From IMG/VR virus record IMGVR_UViG_3300005647_000006: a stretch of 64,000 bases of DNA; one strand, given 5' to 3'. The DNA is from a virus. The translations under genes and the position numbers were made by a program. Under the pieces are notes generated by a model, which did no database searches, was not told where the DNA came from, and saw only the letters and a list, made by a program, of their open reading frames with translations. Below are positions 27,920 through 37,359 of the stretch, piece by piece; position 1 is the first letter of the stretch; each line of letters opens with the position of its first letter.

Positions 27920-27963
27920 TTAGTGAGCTTACCATAAAATTAATCAATGTGTTATAATTAATC
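27920..27963. promoter_or_regulatory. back-to-back extended -10 promoters sharing central ATTAAT
   Basis: plus TGTGTTATAAT-5nt-ATG; minus TGGTAAGCT-6nt-ATG. Confidence 0.6.
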
Positions 27964-28215
27964 ATGTCAAATTCTAAGCAATATTATGTCGAATATCAAT
28001 TTGACACTCAAGATGGGGTTGCACACACAAACTTTTTAAGTGAATCTGATATGTGGCAGACTTTCAATGTATTTGTCGATGCTGGATATGCAAATGTCGG
28101 TGCTTATAAAATGGATAGAGATAGAGTTTTTGTACCACCAGTTGTGGTTAAGCGTTATTCAACAAAAGCAGAAATAGCAATTAGAAATAGTTGTATTGAT
28201 TTGGATGAATTATGA
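27964..28215 (+). CDS. family A small paralog
   Basis: ends CIDLDEL. Confidence 0.7.
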   Translation: MSNSKQYYVEYQFDTQDGVAHTNFLSESDMWQTFNVFVDAGYANVGAYKMDRDRVFVPPVVVKRYSTKAEIAIRNSCIDLDEL

Positions 28216-28433
28216 AATCAGTTTATTCTATAGATTATCAAATCGACGATAATTATAAACTTAGTACGATTGATTTTGGTAGTAAAGATAGTATGGAGCG
28301 AACATGGAATACGTTCGTACATCAAAATTACCATCTTGTCATAGCATTTAAAGGATTAGATGTTATCAGACAATATTCAAGTACAACAGCAGTATTGATG
28401 CAGGATACTTGTGTTGTTTTGGATGCGATATAA
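28212..28433 (+). CDS. family A small paralog
   Basis: ends CVVLDAI. Confidence 0.7.
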   Translation: MKSVYSIDYQIDDNYKLSTIDFGSKDSMERTWNTFVHQNYHLVIAFKGLDVIRQYSSTTAVLMQDTCVVLDAI

Positions 28434-28435
28434 TT

Positions 28436-28657
28436 TCATATCAATTCTAATTGATTGCAGGCATGATCAATGATTCGACTGATTCCATCTGATGATGATG
28501 CTATTACTTCGTCACCATGAAGTATTTCAATTGAGTAATTATATTCTATATCAAAGAGAGCGTAACGCCCATAGGCTTCTTTGATACTCATCAAGGGAGT
28601 AACGTAATTGTCAAGTTTATTGCTAAATTCGTATTTGACTTTGTAAACAATATCCAT
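28436..28657 (-). CDS. family A small paralog
   Basis: ends CNQLELI. Confidence 0.7.
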   Translation of the reverse strand: MDIVYKVKYEFSNKLDNYVTPLMSIKEAYGRYALFDIEYNYSIEILHGDEVIASSSDGISRIIDHACNQLELI

Positions 28658-28696
28658 GAATTAATTATAACATAAATTAATCACTGTGTTATAATT
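28658..28696. promoter_or_regulatory. back-to-back extended -10 promoters sharing central ATTAAT
   Basis: TGTTATAAT on both strands. Confidence 0.6.
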
Positions 28697-28841
28697 TATA
28701 TAGTGAATGGATACCATCTGGTCAATATTATATGCATCGAGACAATACAATAGTTGTATGGGAAATGAATTGCATTGAAGGTACGCATTTCAAAATACCT
28801 TAAAATCACAGAATTTTCAATTTGATTTAATAACTAGTGGT

Positions 28842-29105
28842 ATGAAGATATTCTTTCTTGCCATATCAATGATTTTTATTTCAGTCAGTTTAATAATTTG
28901 CTTGGCTTGGATATTGATATTTGGTCCTATAATGGAAGAACAAGATAAAGAACGTGCTAAAAAATTATATGTTCAAAATACACAAATAGAATATAAACTA
29001 GAATGCATTTATGGTGTTCAGTATATCATGTTTTTTGATGATCAAGATTTAAAATCTATCATGATAAGAATCAATTCTGGTGGTGAAGTAATAAGCTGCG
29101 ATTAA
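28842..29105 (+). CDS. family B TM + two-Cys protein
   Basis: ECIYGVQY...IRINSGGEVISCD. Confidence 0.7.
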   Translation: MKIFFLAISMIFISVSLIICLAWILIFGPIMEEQDKERAKKLYVQNTQIEYKLECIYGVQYIMFFDDQDLKSIMIRINSGGEVISCD

Positions 29106-29353
29106 AGTGCAGATAATTCACGACAAACATTATCTATTTGATTAATATGCCCATCCAGATATAAATTAATTCTTTGATATACCGTACTACTCCCCACAAG
29201 CTCACAGCGCAACAATCTAACTTCGGTATAGTGTTGTCGCACTAACATGCCAAACGTGTCTCTGGCTTCTTCTAGGCTATCAATACGGCTCATTATAACC
29301 CTAACAGAATCGAATGTTTCTCTGTAACTGATAGTGTAATGAATTGAGTTCAT
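29102..29353 (-). CDS. family A small paralog
   Basis: ends CRELSAL. Confidence 0.7.
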   Translation of the reverse strand: MNSIHYTISYRETFDSVRVIMSRIDSLEEARDTFGMLVRQHYTEVRLLRCELVGSSTVYQRINLYLDGHINQIDNVCRELSAL

Positions 29354-29571
29354 ATTATATCCAATTGTTTGCAGGCTGAAACCATTCTTTCAGAATACAT
29401 ATCAATCATATCAAACCCATGAAATAACATAACCTCATAAAAATTATATTTTATTAGAGAATCGTAATGATTACGAGCCTCGTTTTTACCCATCATATAG
29501 GTTGCTTCTAATTCACTAGAACCTTTACGAGTCGTATATTTTACAAAATATGCTCGATCTAAAGCACTCAT
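29350..29571 (-). CDS. family A small paralog
   Basis: ends CKQLDII. Confidence 0.7.
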   Translation of the reverse strand: MSALDRAYFVKYTTRKGSSELEATYMMGKNEARNHYDSLIKYNFYEVMLFHGFDMIDMYSERMVSACKQLDII

Positions 29572-29810
29572 AACATAATAAGTTCTTTTATGGCTTGCTT
29601 TACAGTCTTTATTTCGACATATTGGCCTATTATATCTCTACAGCCTGTTCTCCTATCAATTTCATATTTCACTGCGCGAGAAATTTCTACATTGCGAACT
29701 GCAAAATCGTATGTGTTATTTAACATATCAATTTTTTCAAACGCACTGATAGTGACTGGCTTTTCATCTTGCTTTCGGAAGATGTGTAATTCATATGAGA
29801 GCGGATTCAT
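29568..29810 (-). CDS. family A small paralog
   Basis: ends IKELIML. Confidence 0.7.
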   Translation of the reverse strand: MNPLSYELHIFRKQDEKPVTISAFEKIDMLNNTYDFAVRNVEISRAVKYEIDRRTGCRDIIGQYVEIKTVKQAIKELIML

Positions 29811-29843
29811 GCTAATTAGTATACCATGTAATTAATTATTTTG

Positions 29844-29859
29844 TGTGATGTAGTTCACA
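29844..29859. promoter_or_regulatory. CRP-type box in divergent intergenic region
   Basis: TGTGA-TGTAGT-TCACA perfect match. Confidence 0.55.
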
Positions 29860-29927
29860 GTCGAATTCGCTAGACATATACTGATATAGGCGATTAATTG
29901 GTGTCAATTTCTGTTATAATATCAGGT

Positions 29928-30110
29928 ATGAAATATTTAATTAGATACCGAAGAAATCCCAGTGGCAAAACGCAAACAGTTGATAACTTAGACGAATCAG
30001 ATGCATTAGTGTCTTACGAAAATTTTGTCAACTCAAATATAGATTTTGTTGGGTTATATAAAAAACAACATGATAACACACTCAAGTTAATTAAACATTA
30101 TCCAAGATGA
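29928..30110 (+). CDS. family A paralog lacking tail
   Basis: similar to 30196 but stops at HYPR. Confidence 0.6.
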   Translation: MKYLIRYRRNPSGKTQTVDNLDESDALVSYENFVNSNIDFVGLYKKQHDNTLKLIKHYPR

Positions 30111-30112
30111 CA

Positions 30113-30199
30113 ATGAATTATTTTGTTCGATGTAAATTGTTTCCAGACAGTCCTGTGCGCAATACGTCCACCATGACTGCATTAATGGATTCACTATGA
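30113..30199 (+). CDS. 28-aa internally deleted family A mini-member
   Basis: MNYFVRCKLFPDSPVRNTSTMTALMDSL; ATGA-coupled. Confidence 0.45.
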   Translation: MNYFVRCKLFPDSPVRNTSTMTALMDSL

Positions 30200-30438
30200 C
30201 TTACCATATAAGATATAAAAAGACTGCTAAAGATTCATTTGAATTAGTGGATGATCTTTCTGAAGAAAGTGCATTAAAATTATACAATGATGCTGTTTTA
30301 TTGGATATTGAATATATTGCGGTGTACAAAGAGCAAAAGTATGGTCGTGATTTGATTAAAGAATATCCACATCGAAATCTTTCGAAAGATCAACGTTCGC
30401 ATATTTCATTTTCTATATTTGAATTGAGAATGATATGA
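30196..30438 (+). CDS. family A small paralog
   Basis: ends IFELRMI. Confidence 0.7.
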   Translation: MTYHIRYKKTAKDSFELVDDLSEESALKLYNDAVLLDIEYIAVYKEQKYGRDLIKEYPHRNLSKDQRSHISFSIFELRMI

Positions 30439-30674
30439 AACGTGTATTTTATCTAGTTGAATATAAGGTCGATTATAAAACATCGTCCAGACGAACCAAA
30501 GAATTACTTCAATGGGAAGCAGCATCATATTATGGTGATTGCATCAGGCAAGGTTATGTGAGTGCCAAAATATTTAAATGTGACGATACTGGTAATGAAC
30601 AATTAATTGAAGAAACACATTTTGATTTAAAAACTGAAATGGAAAATCGGTGCGACCACTTGGAATCGATATGA
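30435..30674 (+). CDS. family A small paralog
   Basis: ends CDHLESI. Confidence 0.7.
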   Translation: MKRVFYLVEYKVDYKTSSRRTKELLQWEAASYYGDCIRQGYVSAKIFKCDDTGNEQLIEETHFDLKTEMENRCDHLESI

Positions 30675-30910
30675 GTGAGTATATTGTCAGATATACCTTA
30701 GATGAAGGGAACGGTGAAGGTCAAGTCAGAAAATCCGAAGGTTCTTTTACTTTGGATGAAGCTAAAAAAGTGTTTAGAGAATATATAAACAAAAATAAAT
30801 TTGATTATGTCTGTTTATTGTTCATAGAAGATTATAAGGATCCAATGATAATTGATGAATTTCGCACTAACATTGTTGAACAGCAGTGTATTGGCTTGGG
30901 ATCGATCTAA
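30671..30910 (+). CDS. family A small paralog
   Basis: ends CIGLGSI. Confidence 0.7.
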   Translation: MSEYIVRYTLDEGNGEGQVRKSEGSFTLDEAKKVFREYINKNKFDYVCLLFIEDYKDPMIIDEFRTNIVEQQCIGLGSI

Positions 30911-31158
30911 TGAATCATATAACACCATTGTATCTAATAGACGCTTATGAGCGGGGAGATACGTTCTCATATGAATCACATGAATATGGTGAATCAAAGG
31001 CTAGAGCATTATTAGATTTTGATTTCTTTAAAAGAAAGGGTTATCATAAAGTTGAATTAGTAGTTATTAAAGAGGGCATCACCACATTGGTAAGGAAATT
31101 CAATAAGGACTATGAATCGCAAATGGCTAGATTTTGTAAAGATATGGATTCATTATGA
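30910..31158 (+). CDS. family A small paralog
   Basis: ends CKDMDSL. Confidence 0.7.
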   Translation: MNHITPLYLIDAYERGDTFSYESHEYGESKARALLDFDFFKRKGYHKVELVVIKEGITTLVRKFNKDYESQMARFCKDMDSL

Positions 31159-31409
31159 TTCAGTATTGTTTGGAATATCGAAAATTTATGTGTGGTGAAC
31201 CTATTTGGAATAAAATGGAATCTTTTGATGATGCATCAAAATTGCTCGATAGATTAGTTGATGCCAAATATGAAGAAATTCTTATATATGCTATAGATGA
31301 AGAAAAATTTGCAACATCTGAAATAGTTAAGGAATATGCACCATCTAAGTGGTCGGACGATGCAGACATTTATATAGGGATTGTTTGTGGTGAAATGGAA
31401 AATATTTAA
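31155..31409 (+). CDS. family A small paralog
   Basis: ends CGEMENI. Confidence 0.7.
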   Translation: MIQYCLEYRKFMCGEPIWNKMESFDDASKLLDRLVDAKYEEILIYAIDEEKFATSEIVKEYAPSKWSDDADIYIGIVCGEMENI

Positions 31410-31654
31410 TGCAATATATTATTCAATATTTAAAAACAGAATCTGGTACTAAAATGTTTACAACGACTAATAGATTTAAAACGTTGGACGATGCTAGGCA
31501 GGAATATAAAAACTATATGAATAAGAACTATTTCCATGTTATTTTATATGAAATAAATTTAATCAACAATCATCATATCGGAATAGCTGAATTTGAATTA
31601 AATAAAATGAAGCTTGATTTAGAATTGAGTTGTATTAAGTTGGGTTTATTATGA
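31409..31654 (+). CDS. family A small paralog
   Basis: ends CIKLGLL. Confidence 0.7.
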   Translation: MQYIIQYLKTESGTKMFTTTNRFKTLDDARQEYKNYMNKNYFHVILYEINLINNHHIGIAEFELNKMKLDLELSCIKLGLL

Positions 31655-31902
31655 ACGAGTATTTACTAAATTATTGCATGGTGGGCAGACAGCAATACGA
31701 AAAAGCACAGTATAAGACTAGGGCCGAAGCTTATGATGCGCTCATGGATGTTGTCAACAATACCAATTGGATACATGCATATATCAATGAAATTATGGTG
31801 GATAAACCAGAAAATATGCGATTGGGACCAGCCAACCCCAACTATAAAAGACATGTTATAGATAATCTTAGTAAGGTTATTGATGAACTGGAATTAATAT
31901 GA
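31651..31902 (+). CDS. family A small paralog
   Basis: ends IDELELI. Confidence 0.7.
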   Translation: MNEYLLNYCMVGRQQYEKAQYKTRAEAYDALMDVVNNTNWIHAYINEIMVDKPENMRLGPANPNYKRHVIDNLSKVIDELELI

Positions 31903-32132
31903 GATATCTTGTTCACTATAAAAGAACTGAGGATGGTGCATTGACAGGATCACCAAGCCATGATGTGTTGTATGATGCGCTTAAAACATTTAAGGGTTTT
32001 ATTGAGGATGGATTCTACCGAGTAGATATTTTTAGTATTGAGGATGATACTTTTAACATTATTAAAGAATATGACGTAGGTGATATTGAAGTCGAAGTAG
32101 GGTCAATTGTTGAGAATTTAGAATTGATATGA
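31899..32132 (+). CDS. family A small paralog
   Basis: ends VENLELI. Confidence 0.7.
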   Translation: MRYLVHYKRTEDGALTGSPSHDVLYDALKTFKGFIEDGFYRVDIFSIEDDTFNIIKEYDVGDIEVEVGSIVENLELI

Positions 32133-32377
32133 AATATTTTGTTCGACATAGACGATTCAAAGATAACAAAATGAGTTTAGATGAATGTAGCTCTAAAGAT
32201 ATTGTTACGTCTATGTATAAACATTATATCAAAGCAGGATATTTTTATGTATGCATCTACAAGCAGTGTGAATATTCTGGAAAGCGACATATTATTAGTT
32301 TGTATGCACCACGATCAAATACTGTAGATATGGAAACTTATATTGAAGCTACTTGTTCAGGTTTGGATTTGATATGA
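32129..32377 (+). CDS. family A small paralog
   Basis: ends CSGLDLI. Confidence 0.7.
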   Translation: MKYFVRHRRFKDNKMSLDECSSKDIVTSMYKHYIKAGYFYVCIYKQCEYSGKRHIISLYAPRSNTVDMETYIEATCSGLDLI

Positions 32378-32616
32378 CTAATCAAGTTTATTCAGTGTCA
32401 TGTCGAAATGCTATTGGTAAAAAATATTCAACTGAACATTTCTCAGATTATGGTCATGGCTTAATAAGATATGAAGAAATGAAATCATCTGATCCATATT
32501 ATTTGGAATTAAAAGTCATTGACAAATTCAATGGTACTTATAAGATAATGAAGAAATATCGCCATCAGTTTCATGTAGAAATCACACACATTTGTTGTGT
32601 GATGGATAGACTATGA
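32374..32616 (+). CDS. family A small paralog
   Basis: ends CCVMDRL. Confidence 0.7.
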   Translation: MTNQVYSVSCRNAIGKKYSTEHFSDYGHGLIRYEEMKSSDPYYLELKVIDKFNGTYKIMKKYRHQFHVEITHICCVMDRL

Positions 32617-32686
32617 ATAGACGCAATCCTCTGATAGACCGTATTGTGGGGCTTGTAGCCAATCTATACATAAACGGTGAATAGAT

Positions 32687-32920
32687 ATGGAATACGTTTT
32701 GCGTGGCTTTGAGAAATCTAGTGATGAGACTCATTTTACTTATACGTATACATCAGAACACGTTGCTAAGGCAGAATTTGCGCTGGCAGTGTCTAAAGAT
32801 TATTTTCATGTTAATCTGATTGAGCGTAATGGTAGTGACGATATTATTATAAAGCAGCATAATAAATGGTCGGTTGAAGCTAAGATGGGATTCAAATGCG
32901 ACAATATGGATAAACTATGA
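32687..32920 (+). CDS. family A small paralog
   Basis: ends CDNMDKL. Confidence 0.7.
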   Translation: MEYVLRGFEKSSDETHFTYTYTSEHVAKAEFALAVSKDYFHVNLIERNGSDDIIIKQHNKWSVEAKMGFKCDNMDKL

Positions 32921-33165
32921 ATTTTAAATACGAATTACATTTATTTGATGTTGAAAGTGAATTCAGAATTCCCTATCAAGTTTGGCATTATGATACTAAA
33001 GAGTTTGCTATGGGGGAATTTATATCTGTGGTCAATGAACCTGAAGTTAAATATGCAGAATTAATGGAAATAGATGAAGGTCATTTTTCAAGCACTCTTA
33101 AATTATATAGAGAGTCAAGACATAGAGAAATTGCTAACATTTGTATTAATTTAGAGGCGATATGA
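32917..33165 (+). CDS. family A small paralog
   Basis: ends CINLEAI. Confidence 0.7.
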   Translation: MNFKYELHLFDVESEFRIPYQVWHYDTKEFAMGEFISVVNEPEVKYAELMEIDEGHFSSTLKLYRESRHREIANICINLEAI

Positions 33166-33393
33166 TTTATACCATAGCACTAAAGGAAACATACGAAAGT
33201 GAATTGATCAGTGTTTCTTATGATGATGAAGTTTTTCCCGGTGCTTATGACACAGCGCTGATAGAATTTAATAATGCAAAACTTCATAATTATAGATTTG
33301 CTAGTTTTCATAAAACCAAATATGATTTAAGTCACGAAGAATTGCTTGGTCTTCACATGGGTAGTCTTACATTGGAATTTCCGCTCCAATTCA

Positions 33394-34623
33394 TCAAACT
33401 TCGGCTCCTGCCTTGTTTTCTGAATTTAATTGTTGCGAAATCATACGCTTCATCGGGTTGACTTGTTGGTGGTGCCCAAAAGCACCAGCAACAGCGGCCA
33501 CTCCCTCCACGTTTAACGACCGATTTAATCCCTCGGCCAAGATGTTAATGGCAGCATTGTGATCACGATCAAGTGCCACTCCACAATCGCACTTCATGGT
33601 GCGTTTGTTAAGTGGCATATCGTGAAGACAACCACAACCATTGCACATCTTTGTTGATGGAAACCACCGATCTATTTTGATCAGGGTTTTATCGTGCCAT
33701 TGGCACTTATATTCTAGTTGACGGACAATTTCTCCAAAGCTTGCATCTGCAAGTGATTTTGCCAGTTTTCTATTTCGCATCATGCCTTTGGCATTCAGCG
33801 ATTCAACACAGATAACATCATTGTTTTTGACAAGTTTTGATGTCATCTTATGAATTGCATTTTTTCGCGAATTGGCTATCTTCGCATGAATCGATGCAAC
33901 TCGCAGCACTTGGCGCTTGCGCCTGTTGCTGTCTTTATTTTTTCTTGCTAAAACTTTTTGTGCTCGTGCCAATCGTTTGGCATATATCTTTGTGAAATTT
34001 AAAATAGCCAATTCATTTCCATCTGAATCAACAGCACGAGTTTTTAGTCCCACATCAATGCCGATTGACTTGCCAGTTTTTTTGAATTGAGCAATATCGG
34101 TTTTCGTCATGAAAGAAATCCAATATTTCCCATCAGGTGATCGACTGGCAGTTGCCATCTTTGGCAACCCATAGCCCAAATTTTTAGGCCATTTGATCTT
34201 GCAAGCTCCCAGCTTGGGGAGCTTGAACAGATTGAATGGTTGATATATGCAGGACATGTTAGTGCTTTGCATTTGAAATCGAACACTGGCTCTGGTTTGT
34301 CGTTTCTTATATTTTGGATATCTTGCTTTCAATTTTGGGTTATTGAAATTTTTAAACGCTGTTTTGAGATTTTCCAGAGTCTGAGAAGATGATGTGGCTG
34401 GCACAGCAGCCAGCCAATCAAATTCTGACTCTTTCTTAATCTGGGTTAGCGTTTTTGAAATGTCATTAGTTGAAAAATAGCTATTTTCATCTTTCCTGAA
34501 ATTAGACATAGCCCACAAAGCAGTATTCCAGACCCAACGGTTGGCACCAAAATATTGCTCTAGCAATATTTTTTGTTTTGTGTTAGGATAAAACCTAACT
34601 TTATGTCCTTTTTCGATAAGCAT
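33394..34623 (-). CDS. tnpB: RNA-guided endonuclease TnpB
   Basis: KVRFYPN HTH, RuvC IGIDVG / VICVESL / DRDHNAAINI, Zn ribbon CNGCG..CDCG; start trimmed to MLIEKG. Confidence 0.9.
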   Translation of the reverse strand: MLIEKGHKVRFYPNTKQKILLEQYFGANRWVWNTALWAMSNFRKDENSYFSTNDISKTLTQIKKESEFDWLAAVPATSSSQTLENLKTAFKNFNNPKLKARYPKYKKRQTRASVRFQMQSTNMSCIYQPFNLFKLPKLGACKIKWPKNLGYGLPKMATASRSPDGKYWISFMTKTDIAQFKKTGKSIGIDVGLKTRAVDSDGNELAILNFTKIYAKRLARAQKVLARKNKDSNRRKRQVLRVASIHAKIANSRKNAIHKMTSKLVKNNDVICVESLNAKGMMRNRKLAKSLADASFGEIVRQLEYKCQWHDKTLIKIDRWFPSTKMCNGCGCLHDMPLNKRTMKCDCGVALDRDHNAAINILAEGLNRSLNVEGVAAVAGAFGHHQQVNPMKRMISQQLNSENKAGAEV

Positions 34624-34630
34624 TGATGTT

Positions 34631-34659
34631 ATGATATCAGACAATGAGCGGAAATGCAA
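34631..34659 (-). promoter_or_regulatory. sigma70 promoter of tnpB (leaderless)
   Basis: TTGCAT-17-TATCAT, ATG 7 nt downstream. Confidence 0.65.
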
Positions 34660-34804
34660 GTTATTGCACCCGATGGAGGCCAATGGGCCGCTCCATCTGC
34701 GGTTATCTCTGGTGCCACTGCGTTTCCCAACCGAAACCTGTGGGTCGTCGGCATCGTGCCTCCTTCGAAGAATCTGAAAAAATTTGTTCTGAACTGGATG
34801 CGAT

Positions 34805-35047
34805 ATGAATTATATACTGTACGTTGAAAAACTGACTGGTGTGAATCAGGAAAATGATGAGTTTCCATTTGATCTTTTAGAAAATGCAATCTCAAAATTT
34901 ACAGCAGTGATGCAAAAGGATAATGTTCTTAGAGCAAAAATTATTAAAATAGATCATTATGGAACCGATCATAGGCCAGTGTATAGCTATGATCAAACCA
35001 TCAAAACTAAAATAAATAAACTTTGTGATGAGATGACATTGTTATGA
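34805..35047 (+). CDS. family A small paralog
   Basis: ends CDEMTLL. Confidence 0.7.
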   Translation: MNYILYVEKLTGVNQENDEFPFDLLENAISKFTAVMQKDNVLRAKIIKIDHYGTDHRPVYSYDQTIKTKINKLCDEMTLL

Positions 35048-35277
35048 GATATGTGGTTGATTCAAGAGAGCGAGTTGATGTTTCCTCTGATTGTCAATAT
35101 TTTGATACGTATGAAGAAGCAGAAGAACATTATAAATCTTTGGCTCAATCAAATTGGTCATTTGTTGCTATCTATTCATTAGATCAGGATAATAGATCAG
35201 ATTCATTAATAAAAATGTCTACAATGGAATCTTCTGTTTTTAGTGAATCTATATGTAAAGAGCTTGATTTAATATGA
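35044..35277 (+). CDS. family A small paralog
   Basis: ends CKELDLI. Confidence 0.7.
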   Translation: MRYVVDSRERVDVSSDCQYFDTYEEAEEHYKSLAQSNWSFVAIYSLDQDNRSDSLIKMSTMESSVFSESICKELDLI

Positions 35278-35507
35278 ATTTCAAAATGATTGTCAGAGAA
35301 ACGCCCGATGATAATTTTGAGCAATATCATTTTCCGTATCGTAGTAATGTTATGTTCGCTTATAAGCGAAAGATGCTGGATAAAGTTCATTATATTGCAA
35401 TATACGAAGAAGATGATAATGGTATTGATAGCAAAATGATTAAAAAGTATTGCTCATATTTTACTCACCAAATTAAAAATGCATGTGACGTATTGGATGG
35501 TATTTAA
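35274..35507 (+). CDS. family A small paralog
   Basis: ends CDVLDGI. Confidence 0.7.
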   Translation: MNFKMIVRETPDDNFEQYHFPYRSNVMFAYKRKMLDKVHYIAIYEEDDNGIDSKMIKKYCSYFTHQIKNACDVLDGI

Positions 35508-35509
35508 TT

Positions 35510-35764
35510 ATGAAAGGCTATAAGCTATATAAAATTGTATGGGATGGTGATGGTTCTAAATTTAATGATCTAAGGTTTATATGGGTTGATAGTTTTGAGT
35601 CTGCACTAGATCAATTCAATAGTTTACGACCTGATTTAGATATTAAAATTATTGAAATTTATGGGTATATAAACGATGCAACCGCTCTTGATTTACTTAA
35701 ATCATATTATAGAAAAGTTGATGCCGATATGGAAATTAGTTGTGGGGCTTTGGATGCAACCTAA
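35510..35764 (+). CDS. family A small paralog
   Basis: ends CGALDAT. Confidence 0.7.
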   Translation: MKGYKLYKIVWDGDGSKFNDLRFIWVDSFESALDQFNSLRPDLDIKIIEIYGYINDATALDLLKSYYRKVDADMEISCGALDAT

Positions 35765-36029
35765 TAAATCAATAGTATATTATGATATTCATTATCAACA
35801 AAGTAAACTCAGCGATGTTAAAGTATTATATCAAAGCGGGGGCGAGCTACAGACTATTGTTGATAAATTCAACGAATTTGTGAATGGTAACTGTATTGAA
35901 GTTGAATTATTTGTGAAATATTTAGATCCTCGTGGTGTTGTTACATCATATGAGATAATCAAACATTTTTCATTGGCTGACGAAAAAATGAAAATGTCTG
36001 AAGTAGAAAAAGAGTTGCTAAAACTATAG
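35754..36029 (+). CDS. family A small paralog
   Basis: ends EKELLKL. Confidence 0.65.
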   Translation: MQPNKSIVYYDIHYQQSKLSDVKVLYQSGGELQTIVDKFNEFVNGNCIEVELFVKYLDPRGVVTSYEIIKHFSLADEKMKMSEVEKELLKL

Positions 36030-36034
36030 TGGGG

Positions 36035-36292
36035 ATGGTGAATTATAAAATCAGATATCGAAAAACTGAAGATATTTGGTATCAAGAAGATCCATTAATT
36101 ACTGATGATTACGATGGAATATTGAATAAGTTTAGATATCGTGTTAGGCAGAATAATTATCGAGTTCAGTTAATGAAAATAACATATGATGGGGATGGGA
36201 ATTTTTTATCAAATGATACAATGATAAGCTTCGATGTAGAGGAAGTTGAATATTCTATGAACACAGCAATTGAACAATTGGGTAAATTATGA
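36035..36292 (+). CDS. family A small paralog
   Basis: ends IEQLGKL. Confidence 0.7.
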   Translation: MVNYKIRYRKTEDIWYQEDPLITDDYDGILNKFRYRVRQNNYRVQLMKITYDGDGNFLSNDTMISFDVEEVEYSMNTAIEQLGKL

Positions 36293-36520
36293 ATCTGCAA
36301 AGTATGAAATATGTCGTTGAATATAGACCATCCAATAATTTATTTGATGCTAGAGATTTGATTAAAAAGAATCAATAATGGTGATTTTCAAATACGTCTT
36401 ATGCTAGTTGTATATGATAATATGGGTGGGTATATTCGATCTAGTCAGATAGCAAAATATTGTAGAAAGGAATTTGAAAAAGAGATGACACAAGTAGAAA
36501 CGGAATTAAATACTATCTAA
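36289..36520 (+). pseudogene. frameshifted family A paralog
   Basis: MKYVVEYRP... then shifted frame ...VETELNTI. Confidence 0.5.
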
Positions 36521-36760
36521 GCTATCACAGCGTTCCTTCATTTTCTTGTTTACGTGTATATCATAAACGAACAGGGTTTTTTTAACTATATAGCTATTTT
36601 CGTAACGTTCTTCATATAACATCACATGTTCGTAATTAGCATCAATCATTTTATCATAATAAACTTCTGCTTGTTCTAATGTTTCAAATGATTTAAAATT
36701 GGGCATACCACCGCTGGAATCAGCCGACACCACATATTCTATCCCTGAATTATACCTCAT
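36506..36760 (-). CDS. family A small paralog
   Basis: ends CDSLDSI. Confidence 0.7.
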   Translation of the reverse strand: MRYNSGIEYVVSADSSGGMPNFKSFETLEQAEVYYDKMIDANYEHVMLYEERYENSYIVKKTLFVYDIHVNKKMKERCDSLDSI

Positions 36761-37002
36761 AACGTTTTTAACTTTTCTATATCATCTTGCATAAATTGTT
36801 CTAATTGTATTTTGTTATACTTTTGGATAAGGTTGCGTTCTTCACCACCTTCATAGAATACACAAACTTCTAGAACATTTGGTCTTTTAACAACTTCATT
36901 AAAGAATATCATGGCACTGTTTTTATTAAAGAATGTCCTACTCTCGTAATTTTTTTCATCTATCCAGTTTACGGTATGTATATCGGAGTCTGGAAATTTC
37001 AT
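36757..37002 (-). CDS. family A small paralog
   Basis: ends IEKLKTL. Confidence 0.7.
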   Translation of the reverse strand: MKFPDSDIHTVNWIDEKNYESRTFFNKNSAMIFFNEVVKRPNVLEVCVFYEGGEERNLIQKYNKIQLEQFMQDDIEKLKTL

Positions 37003-37003
37003 T

Positions 37004-37264
37004 TTATAATGCGTCCAAATCTCTCATAGCTGACAGTACTTTAATTTCTCCAATTCTATCGTAATGCTTCAATACTTGTGTATCTGAATTATTAGGGGCA
37101 TCGTATGTTAATTTTACTTCCATGTAGATTCCAGATTTTACATGCCTCCTATAGAGCCAGTTTGCCCCCCAACGAGTTAAACACAAAGAAACGCTGGATA
37201 GTTTATGCCAATATCGATACTCTCCATGCGCTTTAGAGCCTCTTGTCGAATGTACTGTATACAT
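37004..37264 (-). CDS. family A small paralog
   Basis: ends MRDLDAL. Confidence 0.7.
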   Translation of the reverse strand: MYTVHSTRGSKAHGEYRYWHKLSSVSLCLTRWGANWLYRRHVKSGIYMEVKLTYDAPNNSDTQVLKHYDRIGEIKVLSAMRDLDAL

Positions 37265-37279
37265 GTGATCTACTTCACA
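37264..37279. promoter_or_regulatory. CRP-type box abutting start codon
   Basis: TGTGA-TCTACT-TCACA perfect match. Confidence 0.55.
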
Positions 37280-37359
37280 ATATTAATATAGTAGTATTAT
37301 ATCATAATTAATGATTATTGTGATATACTGTTTCAAATATAATAATGAGTATGTAAATA

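Larger units (their letters stand above)
33366..34763 (-). mobile_element. non-autonomous IS200/IS605-family (IS1341-type) element, TnpB only
   Basis: GC-richer insert; TGGAGCGG-containing hairpins near both ends; no target duplication; ends uncertain by about 5 nt. Confidence 0.8.
33162..34808 (+). pseudogene. family A paralog split by TnpB element
   Basis: N-part to about 33365 (GLHMGS); tail EKICSELDAI-TGA at 34776-34808 in same frame. Confidence 0.75.

Noticed and set aside
34684-34763. IStron (group I intron) at the TnpB left end
   Set aside because: Too short for an intron core and the element is antisense to the host gene
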